This document shows, piece after piece, positions 35,717 through 36,301 of a stretch of DNA of 36,301 nt; positions within the stretch are counted from its first letter, which is position 1, and each line of letters starts with the position of its first letter. The DNA comes from Seison nebaliae. Taxonomy: Eukaryota. The DNA is taken from NCBI GenBank assembly GCA_023231475.1, contig JALJEE010000325.1, positions 1 through 36,301 of the forward strand, in the 5' to 3' direction. The position numbers and the translations under genes are program-made. The notes below the pieces were generated by a model that saw only the letters and a program-made list of their open reading frames with translations, did not search any database and was not told the origin of the DNA.

Positions 35717-36301
35717 TCTTCTTTTTTAAATCTCCTCTACATTCACTCAATCACTCACCTTAAGTAAATACAGGAAATACGATATAATGTTACATTATAT
35801 TCCGAGTTGAAATAAGCTATGCGTTAGAAGAAAATTCAGTCGGATAAAAAGACAATACAACTCAACACATCTCAAATCAGAAAAATCTCTAATAGTTTTA
35901 ACTTAAACTCTAATTTAAATGTAAGAATTTTAAGAAGAAAATTCAGTTGAACAATTTCGACATGCTTATTATTTTACAACTTTATCTTGTTTAATATAAA
36001 TTTCGTTAATTAGATTATTTAAGAGAATGAAATATTGAAACATCTCATGAGAAGAAGTTGTGAAAGAAAATAAATTTTATTTGAAATTTTTCAATGAACA
36101 TTCATCAATTGATCATAACTGAAAAATAATATTTAAATTTTTCACTATATATCCATTTTTATGTGAATCAATTTCCTTCCAATGTCTTTAATTGTTGTGT
36201 CGGAGTAATATTTATAACTACCAAACGGCTCGTTGTGTAGTTAAAAATAAGAGGAAATTCATGAAAGAATTTGTACGACATCGATCTCGAATAATATTTA
36301 A

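Noticed and set aside
1..36301. Alternative genetic code, tRNA, rRNA or snRNA genes
   Set aside because: Conserved proteins translate well with the standard code, with TAA and TGA stops. I recognised no structured RNA gene by eye, but a covariance search was not possible.

Overview
AT-rich, gene-dense eukaryotic DNA. It is metazoan, judging by a DmrtA-class DM gene, FoxN2/3 and Flightless-I. A compact invertebrate genome such as a seisonid or other rotifer is only a guess. I could build nine protein-coding genes: an orphan 187-aa ORF (+), a strongly divergent beta-tubulin (-), a coiled-coil protein (-), an expanded IP6 kinase (+), a DmrtA/Dmrt99B-class factor (+), HGH1 (+), FoxN2/3 (-), Flightless-I (+) and a choline-dehydrogenase-like GMC oxidoreductase (-). 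Decayed DNA-transposon material lies at 17.2-19.7 kb and probably at 1-0.8 kb. The main signal is in splicing. All 21 introns I resolved, in six genes, begin with GTT rather than GTR, and only 3 have +5G. This includes two introns at ancestral beta-tubulin positions, while canonical-looking AG|GTA sites sit apparently unused inside conserved exons. The introns are tiny (17 of 21 are 40-56 nt; six are exactly 50 nt), and none of those 17 is a multiple of 3. This points to a lineage with re-tuned 5' splice-site recognition. All gene models were inferred by hand from frame restoration and remembered homolog motifs, with no transcript or database evidence.
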